Source: Antedon mediterranea (lineage: Eukaryota; Animalia; Echinodermata). From it: DNA of 64,000 nt. Positions 11,491 to 23,933 of the stretch are shown here, one piece after another. The notes beneath the pieces were generated by a model, which was not told where the DNA came from, did not search any database, and worked only from the letters and a program-made list of their open reading frames with translations. Where the stretch lies: positions 25,302,437-25,366,436 of the forward strand of contig NC_092672.1 in NCBI RefSeq assembly GCF_964355755.1, read 5' to 3'. Within the stretch, counting starts at the first letter, position 1. The number at the start of each line of letters is the position of its first letter. Made by a program: the position numbers and the translations under genes.

Positions 11491-11605
11491 AACAAGGCCA
11501 TATACATGGCTGCAGTCGCGTGCTCAAGTTAGTGTTTACCGACCAACCGACCGACCAACCGACCGACATAGTGAGCTGTAGAGTGACTTTGCACGCGACT
11601 AAAAA
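11491..11605 (-). mobile_element. Helentron-associated non-autonomous element (HINE/DINE-1-like)
   Basis: AACAAGGCC...AGTCGCGTG...(CCGA)n microsatellite...AGAGT(C)GC..GCACGCGACTAAAAA. Same family at 36388, 43580 and 48640. Confidence 0.75.
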
Positions 11606-11719
11606 AAAGAAATTTAGTTAAAATTAACACTATTATTTATCCTCTGGTAGGATGATATTTGTTTCCCAAAAGATGAAATTGATGTAATGTGTATGGCCTT
11701 GCTGATGTTTTGCAATTGA

Positions 11720-13445
11720 TGGTTAACATTGTTTGTGTTTTTTTGAGTTTAGTAATTTCTTTTGGAACTCAGACTGAAATCTATGCGGTTTGTCCTTGTT
11801 ACCAGTGTTAGTGGATTCTTGCTGGTTGTTTGGACCGATGGATCTTTTCTGGTTTCAGCTTTACTATGGAATAGAGCAGAGCATGGTCTGTGTCACATTT
11901 TGCGCTGTGGAAACAGCGAGTAAGAGATACGTTGCTGAGGAAAGGTGTTCTCGTTAGGATATGGTCCAGTTGATGCCAGTCCTTGCATCTTGGATGGCAC
12001 CATGAGACTCTCCTCTTGAAAGATATTCCATAAAAGGTGTTAGATGACGGTGAAGTGCAGTGAATTCAAGGTGTCTACGTCCATTACTGTTTAATTTCCA
12101 AACACCAAAACATCCTTTTTGAGAGGACCAACACAGAAAATCTTCCCCAATACGTGCATTGAAATCTCCAAAGATAAGTAGTTGTTCACTTTTCGGGATC
12201 TTCAAGACAGCTTGATCTTATTGAGTATAGAACCCATCAATTACTTCCGTCGGAGCTTGCATAGTCGGAGCATAGATATTAATTAGGTTAACGACTCCAA
12301 TATTGGTGTGAAGCTTCATTGAGATCGTCCGTTCATTTCCATCAGTAGGTAGTTCTATAAATGGCAGGATAGATCTACTCGTTTCTTTCCATAGGTAAAT
12401 TAAATTAAGTGTCATGGTTCGTACATTCCATGACGCTAGACGAAGCGGTAATATGTGTCTTTGTATTCGTTGGTAAGCAATTGCGGTCTACTTGTCAAGT
12501 TTGCAGGCTCAATATCTAACCACCCGATCAGAGAAAGCAGACCATGACGGATCAGAACCTAAATGGCCAAGGGCTGCTCAGCTTAAGGCAGGCGGTAACT
12601 AATAACTGGGATTAAATAACCCCCCTCCCCCACCCTACCGTCAGAAGTAATTCGTAGCGTCCACATTTCACGCCAATACAATCTAGACTTATAACTCGTA
12701 ACTATTACTTCTCGATTTGTTACCATCCTCAGATGCCAGAGTTTTCTTCTCCGGTGTGTGTGTGTGTGTGTTTGCCTGTGTGATGTTAAGGATCCACGGG
12801 TTACCAAAGCGTCACGAGTCTTCTCTGCCTTCCCTGCGAATTCCAAAAAAGACCGATGCTATACATTTGGTACAGGGTTGGTTGCAGCATCGATTTGCTA
12901 TCATTAGTTGACTTCAATAGAAGGATGATGCGATCCTGTTTCAGTTTTCTGTTGCGATTAACTCCCTTAGCTTTTAGCTTTACCTAGCCTAATCCACAAG
13001 GCAGTGGGTGCTAATGACCCATAGGTGTGCATTTTTACTCATATGTGGGCTTATTTTACCCATAGGAAGGCCTATTTGCCCATACAGTAGGTGGGACAGG
13101 AATTGATATAAGGCCAGGGCGTGTCCACACTCCGGTGGGCCATGCGCCAGATACCTTCTATCGGGTTCCTGTTCTTCTGTAGCCCTTTCCACATCAGTTT
13201 CACTAGTCGCAATAGTAGCTGCTTACAGCGGGTACCGTACCGACGAGAAGGTTGTGAAATAGGACTTGTAAAAAGAAAGGATATCAATTCCCAATGAACT
13301 GTAATATATCCGCCATATACCAGTACAGGAGAGTAACAGGATAAAAAATGGTTGTAGTAGAATGAATGAAATGATGAGAAAAATGAAAGAGACTGATGGG
13401 AACCACAGGCTAGGCCTCGTAACGCATCGTTAGACTTCACCCACC
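11720..13445 (-). mobile_element. RTE-clade LINE, 5' part (APE endonuclease pseudogene plus probable 5' UTR)
   Basis: The minus strand gives LRLASWNVRTM, INIYAPT, LLIFGDFNARIG, LNSNGRRHLEF, SWCHPRCKDWHQLDHILTR and CDTDHALL, with stops and frameshifts. The 5' boundary is uncertain. Confidence 0.8.
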
Positions 13446-14297
13446 TTCATCCAACAAAAAAACATAACTGAACTTGAAAATTGTCAACTTTCTTAACAAA
13501 AAATATGACGAAACAGTTTTTAAAGTCTAAGATTTCTTAACCTTTTTTTACTGTTACGTTGGTGGTTAATGGAGTTTGTTACGCACGTTGGTTGTTGATT
13601 TTTGTTACGTTAGTGGTTAATGTTACATTGGTAGTAGATTGTTACATTAGTGGGTGTTTGTATACATGCGTCCGCACGAACCGCATTAGTATAGTTTTAC
13701 CCTCACCAAGTTCTTTTCTGTTTTGTGACAATGATGAGAATGTAAATGATTACATATTATGTCGCCATAGGTTATAATATATATACATTGTTCATTTATT
13801 CATTCTGATTAAAATATCCATATAAAGATACATACAGTACAGAAAACAAACAAAAAACATCCATTCTGAAAGTATCATAATACTACTGCAGCAGTACTAG
13901 GCCTGGCCCACACTCCGAATGAAGGATAGATTCATTTAGTTTACCTATGGTATAGTTAGAAATCGTTTACAATATAACTATTGGTTGTTCTAATTAAAAC
14001 ATTACCATTAATTCGTTTCATAAAGATATATGCATGATTTCCCTTGTATACTTAGGAGCTTTCGATTAGACATATACCCTCTGGCTAATAATATGGATCC
14101 CGAGTTTTCTAATTCTAGAAAATGGAAACAATCTCAGAAAATCTGAGTATTCTTAATTAAATCTAGAAAAACACAGATGTTGGCCTATGAGTTTTCTAGA
14201 TGAATCTAGAAACTCATATATATCCGAGATCTGAGATATATATCCGAGATCTTAGTTTATATATAGACACCCTTCTTAGGTTATAAATAAAGATTAA

Positions 14298-14571
14298 CCA
14301 TTTGAAGACGCGAAGTTTCTACCCCAAGTCACTGAGGCTTAAATAAGATATTTTTAATAGGTTTAGGAAAAATGCAAAATACATTTTTAACTGTAACTTT
14401 CTGCAACTACTTTCTGCCTTCCGAAAAATGTCATTTTTGACCTAGGTCAGAGTCAAATGCTCAAAAAGTGCAATTTCAGTGACCCCCAAAAGTCAACCCA
14501 TACATATACGGGCCTCGCGTCCTGGGAGAGTAAATTACCTCGTATGGGAAACGGATCACGTCTTCAAAGGG
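14298..14571. mobile_element. piggyBac-type MITE (274 bp)
   Basis: TTAA at 14294-14297 and 14572-14575. TIRs CCATTTGAAGACGCGA and TCACGTCTTCAAAGGG. Confidence 0.85.
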
Positions 14572-14782
14572 TTAAATAAGGATATAACCTCTAGTCAATG
14601 GAAAAAAATAACATTAACGATTTAGTTCTTTGGAAGGAGACGCCTGTTTAGTTCATCATGTTTCATCATGAAATTAGAATTCAGCCTGTGGCTAACGAGA
14701 CAGAATATAGGCCTAATTCAAATAATTATTTTATATACAAATAAAGTAAAGTCAGTACCGTACACTAAAACATTTTATAATT

Positions 14783-17700
14783 CTAGAATATTAAATGGCC
14801 ATCTTCAAAAAGTTCTACATTTGTCTGTGGCATACCATTCAGAAGATTATCAATTTCGTCTTCTCCAATGAAGTTCCCTATGTCTTCCTCTCTGCTGTAA
14901 TAATCGCATGTAGAGACTGGAATAAACTCCATCAAACCAGCGTGTGTGTCACTGTCTACTTTTACACGTAGAACCTCATCTAATTTCCAGTAAGGATCTG
15001 TAACGTTTTCTTCTCCACATTTTCCTGACTTCAGTGGTTTATCTGAGGAAACTGACGTCATTGGCGTGTAAGGATTCGAGTCCTGCACATTTCTTGTGCT
15101 TTCCACGAGTAATGGAGACAATTGCAGTGCATCATCCTCACCTGTTTGTTGCAGGCGAAAGTATGCCGTGCTTCCCTCTTTAACTTCCATTTTGTCAGTG
15201 GTAACTGGTGATGAGTTTATAAAACCACTTTTCGTAACTGGTGAAACTTGGTCAATAGACGGTACAACCATGTAAATATTTTTCTCTTCTATCTGGGAAT
15301 CAGGAATAAACTCATGAAATCCTTGATCAGAACTCGTTGAACTGCGGTACGATGTAGGTAAGTCCGACTTCTTCGTCTTCAAGTCATCAAAAACTTCCTT
15401 TTCTACTAATCGCGGACGAACGGGGCTAATTTCCTAAGTAAAAGACATTCCTTTATTAAACATGTTATTTAACGTCTGTTATGACAAATACAGTGAATGC
15501 GTGGTTCTAAACAACATTTCATTACCACGCAAAGTGGATTGAATTTCGTGAAATACACATCTACGTCATTTAACTAACGGATCCTTAATATCATTTTTTA
15601 ATGAATGATCTACACGGGTTATCCTTATTAAAGAAGACAAATAAATAATAAATTATCTAGGCTGCCTAGCTCTTAAAAATGTATTGTCCCCCAAAAACCT
15701 GAAAAATGAAGATTAATTAAATCAGACTTTGGATAGGTTATTTTGTAGTTTTACTAAATTTAATCACTTCCATAGAAAAAAAACATGTGTTTACTTACAA
15801 AATGACAAACATAAATTGTTAAATTAAACCAAAAACCATTGGCTTGCAGCCAATTTGACTATTTTTTGCTTTAAATTACTGATTTTTCAGGTAAATACAT
15901 TTTTTTTCGGTCCAATTTTTTGTCAAAGAAGATAACTATTATGTGACATTAAAATGGCATATTCAACAAAAAAATTAAAAAAAAATATGTTTTCAGTGGG
16001 ACAATACATCTTTAACTTGAAAGCAATAAAGACATGATATTTACCACTTTGAAGAATTTTGGTTCAGGCCATTCAATGAAAATTCGCTTACGTATATACA
16101 CATTAAAAGCTCCAAAAAACAGCATAACAAATAAGATAATAATTCCCACCACAAGAAACGGAATGATAAATTCATCTGAAAGTACAACATATCATGAATT
16201 GTTGCAAATTTTCTGAAAACATGAACATTGTAAAAGAAAAACAAGAGAAAGAATCATTTTTTTTTCTATATGGATTATGAACAATATACGATCACATAAT
16301 TTGATGACACAAATGCACCCAAAATATTATTCAAGCAGGTAGTAAAATTACGCTATTTTCAGATTAACGCATGGCTATTGGTAAATTTGCCATAAGAAGA
16401 TAGGCCTATTATATGCAATAGTGAGGCTATTTCTAAGCATTCAGTTGTAAAGAAACAACAATAAGTAGGCCTAACATTGTCGCAATTAAACTCGACATGT
16501 GTGCTATTCTAAAGTGTAATATTTGTTAATAGGCTTATTCACATACCAGGCTCATATTGCACTGCAACTGTATTCAAAGTTACAGGTTGTCTCTCGGTCA
16601 CCAAACCTATAAAAACAAAATTGGTATGAGGCTCTAATGTCTATCTCTAGTTATACATTATGTCATAAAGTAAAATAGATTATGCAAATTTGCCAACATT
16701 AAAGTAAAGTAAGTGTTGAGCAATTTTCAGAATATTACCGTAGCTTTTGAAAAGAAGACAAATGATTTCCTTACTTTACTCAATGATACAGAAAGTTGGT
16801 GCATACTTTTGGTTCTGATTTAACCATATAATGAAACCATTGTTTACTAATAGTTGTTTAAGTATTAATTGACGATGAAAACAAAGTTTACCCCGAATAT
16901 GGGTGTTTTCCAAATACATGCACAAGCGAACCCTCTAGGTTTAATAAAGAGACATAGGCCAACACACCTTGTTTCAAGCATTTGAACTCATATAATATCC
17001 TGGTTGGAGGACCTTCGACTTCGACTTCAAACGTGTCTGCCTGAACACTCCTTAGCTCTAGATTATAGACAATGGTGTTCTCTGTGATGTTGTTGCACGG
17101 CACATTTATGTCAATGTTATTCAATGTTAATTCTTCCTCAACACTTTCATTCAGTGATTGTCTAGTATAGGTTCCCGTAATGCGGTATAAGTACTGAGTT
17201 TCATCATTTGGTGTTTCCCATTGGAGTGACAAGACGTTTTCGTTTTCTGACGATGTGGCGTTCACGTCTATGATCATAGAAACTACAAAAACAAATTTTC
17301 CATTATTTTTAGACAATAAAAAAGAAAATATTCTAGTCACGTATGGTATATATTGGTCGAGAAGGTAAACTGTTCTCTTTATATACATTATGAGGATTTT
17401 GATATTTAATTTCATTTGGTCATTATTAATGCAGATATGATTAGTGAGCACATAAAGACAATTTTGGAGCTTTCACCAGATACTATCTAGCCAACTATTG
17501 TAAGTCAGTTAGATACAACTCGAGGTGGATTAAATACACTATAGTGACAGCTGTAAAATTGGATGTAATGACCCTAATCATTACAAATGGTTATTTGATC
17601 ATTGAATGCAATTTACAATCTTGTAGAAACGATCTAGGTACTAGGTATACGTATTCCAAATGACTTTAAAACTCACTGGGTAGTGTGACAATTGGACTCC

Positions 17701-20700
17701 AATCACTGAACTGGTGATGTAGGCCTAATGAAAACCTTGATCGCACTTGAAATTCATATTCAGCTACCGCTGTCGTAATCTCCTCAATAATGTTCTGCTT
17801 TTTATGCTGTTTTTCAATCTAATAAAAACAATTCGCTTTTAGTCACCTTGTCAATCATTGGGAGCTACATGACAATATTTTCTTTTGAAGCATTTTGTTA
17901 CGTTTAAGAATCGTTTAATTTTCTAACGAAACTGTATGATCACGAGCGTCAAATGTTTCAGATGTGTTGTAGAAGATGACTGAATTATTATTGTCATGTC
18001 ATGACAGTAGCTTACCACAAAATCAGTGGAAGTATTTTCACTTGCACTGCTGATGGAGGGCAAGTACTACCCAAAATTTTGATTTAGATCTTTGCTTATT
18101 ATATTTTTCATCTCCATTTGAGATCTAGCCACTGATACCTACAGTCTTGTCATTTTTTAGTAATTTGCTTTTAGGTTAATAAATAAATTAAAATAAATAA
18201 ATCCTGCATAACGGAATAACAATCTTTTAAAAAACGTGCTTTAATATTTTGAAGAATTGTTTAATGAAGCCAAACAACGTAATCTTTTTGAAGAAAGTGA
18301 GTCGAAAATATTCTACAAATATGTTTTTTAACGATTTGAAATATATATTATACACAAACGTAATAAATAATTGCCGATTTTACTACATTCAAATTTAATG
18401 AGTTGGTACATTCGTGATATACGATAGTTATTCCACAATTTGTTGTCTCCTGATGATAAAAATATGACAAAACAAATAGTGAAAATGATTTGTTACTTCA
18501 TACCTCTTCTGTCCATGTTTCATTTAAACGTCGGTAACGAAGTTGAAACCATAGCGAGTTACAATAATAGCAATCTTCTTGTAATTTCCAGAATACTATG
18601 ACGTTTGATTCCCCCACTGAAACTCTATCAATTAATGGTGACAAAGGTACGGCTGAAAATACAACAAAATGAAACGATTAGAACGTACGTACAGCCATGA
18701 GAGTTACTTCAGTGAATCTTTAATTTAGATAAGTAACGTCTGCCGTACATCAAAAGACATAACAACAGAATCATTGAGACATTCTAAGGTTACCGAACAT
18801 TATTTCTTTTAGGAGACACAAAAGCAAACCTACCTTTACTAGTGTTTATTCCTCATGCCAATCTTCAAACAATTTAGATATTATTTAAGATTAAAAATTA
18901 TGATTTTCGTTATGTTATACTTCAAAAGCTCATTGAACGAAACCTTGTATCCCCGCCGGATAAATCACATAAGTCACGTAAAAGGGATTAGACATTTGAT
19001 CTTCTGTGGTGCTTGTATATTTTTTGAAATAATTCGATGGTAATGATCTATATTTTCCAAACCTGTGCTAAATATTGGCCTACAGACCTTCATTCTTAGA
19101 ATCAAATGTGGATGTTGTATTTGCAGTACCAAACATATTTTCAACAACTACTCGTACTAGATGTGCTCTCATTGGATTACCATCACTTTCTGAAACTTTG
19201 CACGTGCTGTCGTTTAGCTTATTAGAACAGTCGATCCACACATTAGAACTGTTTCTAAGGGGATTAAAACAATTCATAATTCAATATTAATTGTTAGTAA
19301 TCAAAATTCTATAAACAGTAATCAGTAATCTGTAATCAATAATCCGTAAATCAATAATCTGTAATCGGTAATCTGTAAACAGTAATCAATAATCTGTAAT
19401 CGGTAATCTGTAATCATTAATCAGTAATAAATAATTGGTATTCATTAATTGGTAATCAGTAATTTGTAATCCGTAATTTCTAATCAATAATCTGTAACCA
19501 ATAATCTGTAATCAGTAATACTCAATATTTAATCAATAATCTGTAATCATTTAACATAATAGTATTATTTTGTTACTTTGTCCTTTTTCATAATATTTGA
19601 TTATGCACCTGCAGCTGTTGAATTTAAATAAAAGAGCGATGAACAGACAGACAAATGGTTGTTGTCACATTACGAGACACCGTGACAAGAGAAGAGTAAG
19701 AATGACAGCCAAGAACCGGCAACATATTGAAGGGAAGACAAAAACGCAGATGGAGGGACGACATTATTTTTAATAGGCCTACAGTAAAAAAACTTTTGCT
19801 AGGCCAGCACAGAACAGAAACGAATGGCAAAGGCTTGAGGAGGGCTACATCCGGCAGTGTTTTGATGGAGCCGAGGTAAGGTCATGCATTCTGTATTAGT
19901 AATGAAACATTTCTTTAGGTATGATAAGACATTTATTATTTGTGAGAAAAGCAATGATTCTAATTATTTGTGTTATTTATCAATAATACAAATCACTTAC
20001 TGAAATTGAAATGTATAGACACTTATAACTCCGGTAAATTCCGTTCCCCATGTACATAAATAATCAACAATATTTGTCGATCTGCAGTTTAATGTAGGAG
20101 ACGATGGCACGACTAAAAGACACAACATATAATTAGGTATATAAACTATCTGTTGTGTGGATTCTTTTTACATGTAAGGAAGGAGTGGTTTTCTATAATA
20201 ATAAATCTCATCTCAGTCTCCAGCCACATACAATAAAAGACGAAAACAAATGTTTTAAACATATCATGTTTAATCTGGGACGGTGCGGCCATACACGCCA
20301 ATTGCTACATGCACCGCCGCGACATATCTTTTTATTAACGGTAATTAAATAGATGCTAGGACTTCATAAACATTCAAGTTAAACATCGGTCTCGTTTATG
20401 ATTACCCGTAAGTTGGCTTCATGGATCAATTATTGTTAACTTTGATGGGATCAAACCATGTTTTCAAAACTATGTATGCCATTGACTAACTTACTACCAA
20501 CTGTTAATGACGATGTTGATTTATATGTCGTTACTCTTCCATTTTGTTTTTCTACAAGGTTAAGTAAAAAGCAATCGATCCAATGTTCATGACCTGTCAT
20601 GTTTAGGTTTTTTAAGGTAAGAATGGCTTCTGTACTTGAGATTACGGCAGTATTTTTTCCTGAATTAATAGGTACTTCGTCAACTTTCCATTCAATATCC

Positions 20701-21227
20701 GAGGCATTGTACCATGTTTTTGTTTGATCTAACGTACATGTGAAGTTGAGGGTGGAACCGGCCAATGAATATGGATCAACGGGCGTCAGTTTAAGTGCTG
20801 CAATAAAATTAAAAAAAGTTAAGGTATGTAAACCATATAGTTGTGTCCGCACCCAACAATTACTGTACAACAAAGAAAATAATGGTAACATTGTAAAGAA
20901 CAAAACAACGACAGTGAAATAGTTAATTCAAAAATGTATATTAAAGAAAAAAATTGAAAAAAGAAAGTCGTTAATTGTTTAACATTATAAAGAAGATTTA
21001 TTAACGTATCATGCAAATATTTCTATTTTTAAACAGAGGTGTTGTACCTATAAGAAGTAAGTTCCATCGTTTCCTCAGAATTTAATTCTTAAGTTAAATA
21101 GTTAAAATAAACAAAATGATGGTGTCTACTTACATGATGTAACTTTGAAAGCGCAGACAGTGTTCAAAATAATCCAAATCCGGAACGTCCACAATGAAAT
21201 GTTTAATGTGTAAGAGAGTTCTGCCAT
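14783..21227 (-). CDS. Class I (haematopoietin-type) cytokine receptor: signal peptide, Ig-like domain, CHR with FSDWS, FNIII, TM, Box1, Tyr-containing tail; 10 exons, ~707 aa
   Basis: Exons (minus strand): 21227-21134, 20797-20495, 20112-20001 (LNCRSTNIVDYLCTW), 19254-19088 (DCSNKLNDSTC), 18652-18504, 17818-17677 (YEFQVRSR..FSDWS), 17282-16968, 16606-16547, 16175-16045 (TM + RKRIFIEWPEP), 15433-14783. All GT-AG, joining into one open frame of 2124 nt. Confidence 0.9.
15677..16011. mobile_element. Kolobok-like MITE
   Basis: TTAA flanks at 15673-15676 and 16012-16015. TIRs AAATGTATTGTCCC and GGGACAATACATCT. A reverse-oriented copy lies at 43456-44292. Confidence 0.8.
19300..19560. repeat. Degenerate 7-14 bp simple repeat (AATAATC/TGTAATC)n
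   Basis: Visible run of TAATCTG/TAATCAG/TAATCAA units. Confidence 0.8.
19630..19880 (+). mobile_element. RTE-type LINE 3' end fragment
   Basis: Translates to ..QPRTGNILKGRQKRRWRDDI...AQNRNEWQRLEEGYIRQ, a typical RTE C-terminus. Confidence 0.7.
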
Positions 21228-23412
21228 CGTCTTTGGAACAATAAAAAGCTAGTTGTTAATGATACTATACATAGTATTAACGTGATTGGTCGAAATAACA
21301 TGATCGGAATAATCGTTCTAAATGATAATCGTACAGTATGACGTCATCGAAGTACACAAAATAAAATGAGAGGGTTAATTTAGTGTCAAAATCAAAACAT
21401 TAACTCTAAGTGACTGGAAACATTCTTATTGAAAGGCAAATGTAACCTTTTTTATGTAATATAACGGATATTGCCTTATTTTAAAGATATTTTATAACAT
21501 TTGAGATCCTCCTTTAGGCCTAATAGTGAATATTTTTTCTCACCAGACTATAATTTCCATAAGCGCTACGCGATTCGAGGAAATAGGAATCCCTTAAGAA
21601 AAAATATGATTTCCTCGAAGGAGGATCTCATATGTTATAACACACCAAGCATGCAATATATGAATAATGTCATAGCTATAGAAAGAGAAACTTCACAAGT
21701 AAAATATGTATATATATATATATATAGAATCATCGTATGCCTCTTTAAGGTTAATTAGGTGTTTTTAGTTGCCTATTCTTTGAACTTTCTAACCAATACT
21801 ATGACAACCTAATGCGAGTGATCACATGACCTTCGTTTCGCTTACGTACTTGCGTTACGTCCAAGAGGAGAACTAAGCTTTATTTTCGCTGACGTATTTT
21901 AAAATGTATATCCTGTTCATAGGCCTAATGCAATCATGGTAATATGCGAGATTACTGTAACCCAATGTAAACACACTTCTAATTAAGATGTACATTATTG
22001 TAAGTCGGCAGTACCATTAGGATAATTGTGTCATTTCGTTATCCGTGTACGTGAAAACCGTTACCTTATTATAAATTTGAACAAAATATATAGCATTTTA
22101 ACACCTCCGACTTTATGAGTAGTACCGTATCTAGACGTGCCCTGCGTCTTGTTAATCCAACACAATCCACGATTTTTGTATGAAATGCCATGTGTCCCAA
22201 ATATGTATTATAAAATACACCGACTATGAATTACCATTTCTGATAAATACCACATTTATAAAACCACATTTAATTAATTTAATCAAATTGTTATACAGTA
22301 TCCACATATATTTTGACCATTTACACCGAATGTTTGCACTTTGCTTATAACTAATTTATTTTTGTGACAGGAGTCAAATCTTGATTAGCGAAAGCTATTT
22401 TTTGGCTCCTTTTCACACACATACATATTGTATTGTATTGTACTATTTATGTATGATGATGTGAATAAAGCTGGTATATAACTATTGCAGATCATGTACG
22501 GTGACATACATAACGAATAAAAATAGGCTTATAAACGTACATTCAATAACAGAGAAGTCTCTATAGGTATTAACTCCAATAACGCTTTATATATTTCCGA
22601 TAAATGTGAGCCGACTGTGTCATTAGCACATTGTTATCAAAAACATCTTTATTCGGAGAAACAACATCAAGTTAAACTAACTCTACTTAATTGAATAGCA
22701 GTTAAAACATAAATTGCAAAAGAATGTTGACGAAGTGGTATTGACTTATGTCTATAAAATAAAAAACTAATTAGTCTTATAAATCATGAACGACTATATA
22801 ATTATCATAACTTAGTTAATTGTTCAGGTTAATGTAGGGTATAGGACACATAGGCCTAACTATATTTATATGGTCATACAACGCCTACTATTTATGCTCA
22901 TTATAGAGATTTAATTACAACGCCTACTATACTGTGTTTCCATTATGTTTGCCTTACTAACCAACACTTTATAATACACAGTCATACAGATAGGCCCTAA
23001 GTCGCAGTTTCAACGCGTCTTCCACTAATAACATGATCATACTTACTCTAAGAGATTTGGATACTGCGCCGAATAGGCAATTATTAGTATCAATCCTCTT
23101 AAACTGTATATTAATATTATAGTAAAACATAAATAAAGTAACTCTGAATACTATGTAAAATCTAAGAGGAAATAAGACTCACCAGAGGTATTGAGAGCAC
23201 GCACCGACTCTAGGAACAACGTACACCATTAACAATCAATTCACCCATCCATATCATGTTGTCATTCTCTCGATTTAATATTCACTAATCTAAAAAGAAC
23301 CAATATAATAAGTCACCGATTCCAGTGTGTGTACAATAACAATAGCAGCATACTAAACACAAATAGAACACAATTACCTTTGTGTATGAATAACGTTTGA
23401 TTTAGCACGCCG

Positions 23413-23458
23413 AGTTTCATTTCTGAGAAAAGCCGAATAGGATATTTAAAGGATTTCC
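23413..23458. promoter_or_regulatory. Overlapping ISRE-like and GAS motifs plus a partial kB-like site upstream of the cytokine receptor
   Basis: AGTTTCATTTC (23413-23423) overlaps TTCTGAGAA (23421-23429); GGATTTCC at 23451-23458. These lie ~240 bp upstream of a candidate 5'-UTR exon donor (CTG|GTGAGT at 23183, minus strand). Confidence 0.3.
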
Positions 23459-23789
23459 ATAATCTTTAAATATAGCCATGGATTAATGAATGATAACCAT
23501 TAATTATTACATATTTAAAATAGATTATGATTATTCCATAACTTACATGATATTAGTAGTATTTAATCAACATAAGGGTAACTCAAAATACAGAAGAAAA
23601 CTAACCGGAACACTTCTACAATAATTAAATATTGTAGGCATACGGTATTACGAGAAAATAGATGACGGACTTAAAGGGGTACTCCCTCTTTTCCACACGA
23701 CCTCACCCCAACTACCCTGTAATTTTAATCAATTATTCTCATTCTGTTGTAGGCCTACAATTTTCATTTTTTTATACTTCACACATGTT

Positions 23790-23933
23790 TATATAAACTT
23801 TGCGGTACTGAGGACGATCAAAGCATATTGATCGAAACGTCGAGAAACTCAACAGTTCTTTTCAGAACTAATATACGTTGTGTCCCGCAAACTTTATATC
23901 AACATTTTGCCATGCAAACCTTTAAACAGTATA
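23790..23933 (+). mobile_element. Penelope-derived short insert with a hammerhead-ribozyme-like core
   Basis: 12-bp TSD TTCACACATGTT (23778-23789 and 23934-23945). Core CTGAGGA-C-GATCAA agcata TTGATC-GAAACGTC at 23808-23841. Confidence 0.7.

Larger units (their letters stand above)
11032..13661. mobile_element. Old TIR-type element with degenerate ~110-bp inverted ends, carrying nested insertions
   Basis: 11032-11140 (ACAATCACCCATTAAGGTAACA...ACCACTAACGTAAC repeats) is a degenerate reverse complement of 13551-13661. No TSD identified. Confidence 0.45.

Noticed and set aside
16041-16244. Acceptor at ~16212 for the receptor TM exon
   Set aside because: It gives an in-frame stop; the acceptor at 16175 keeps the frame and yields the TM and Box1.
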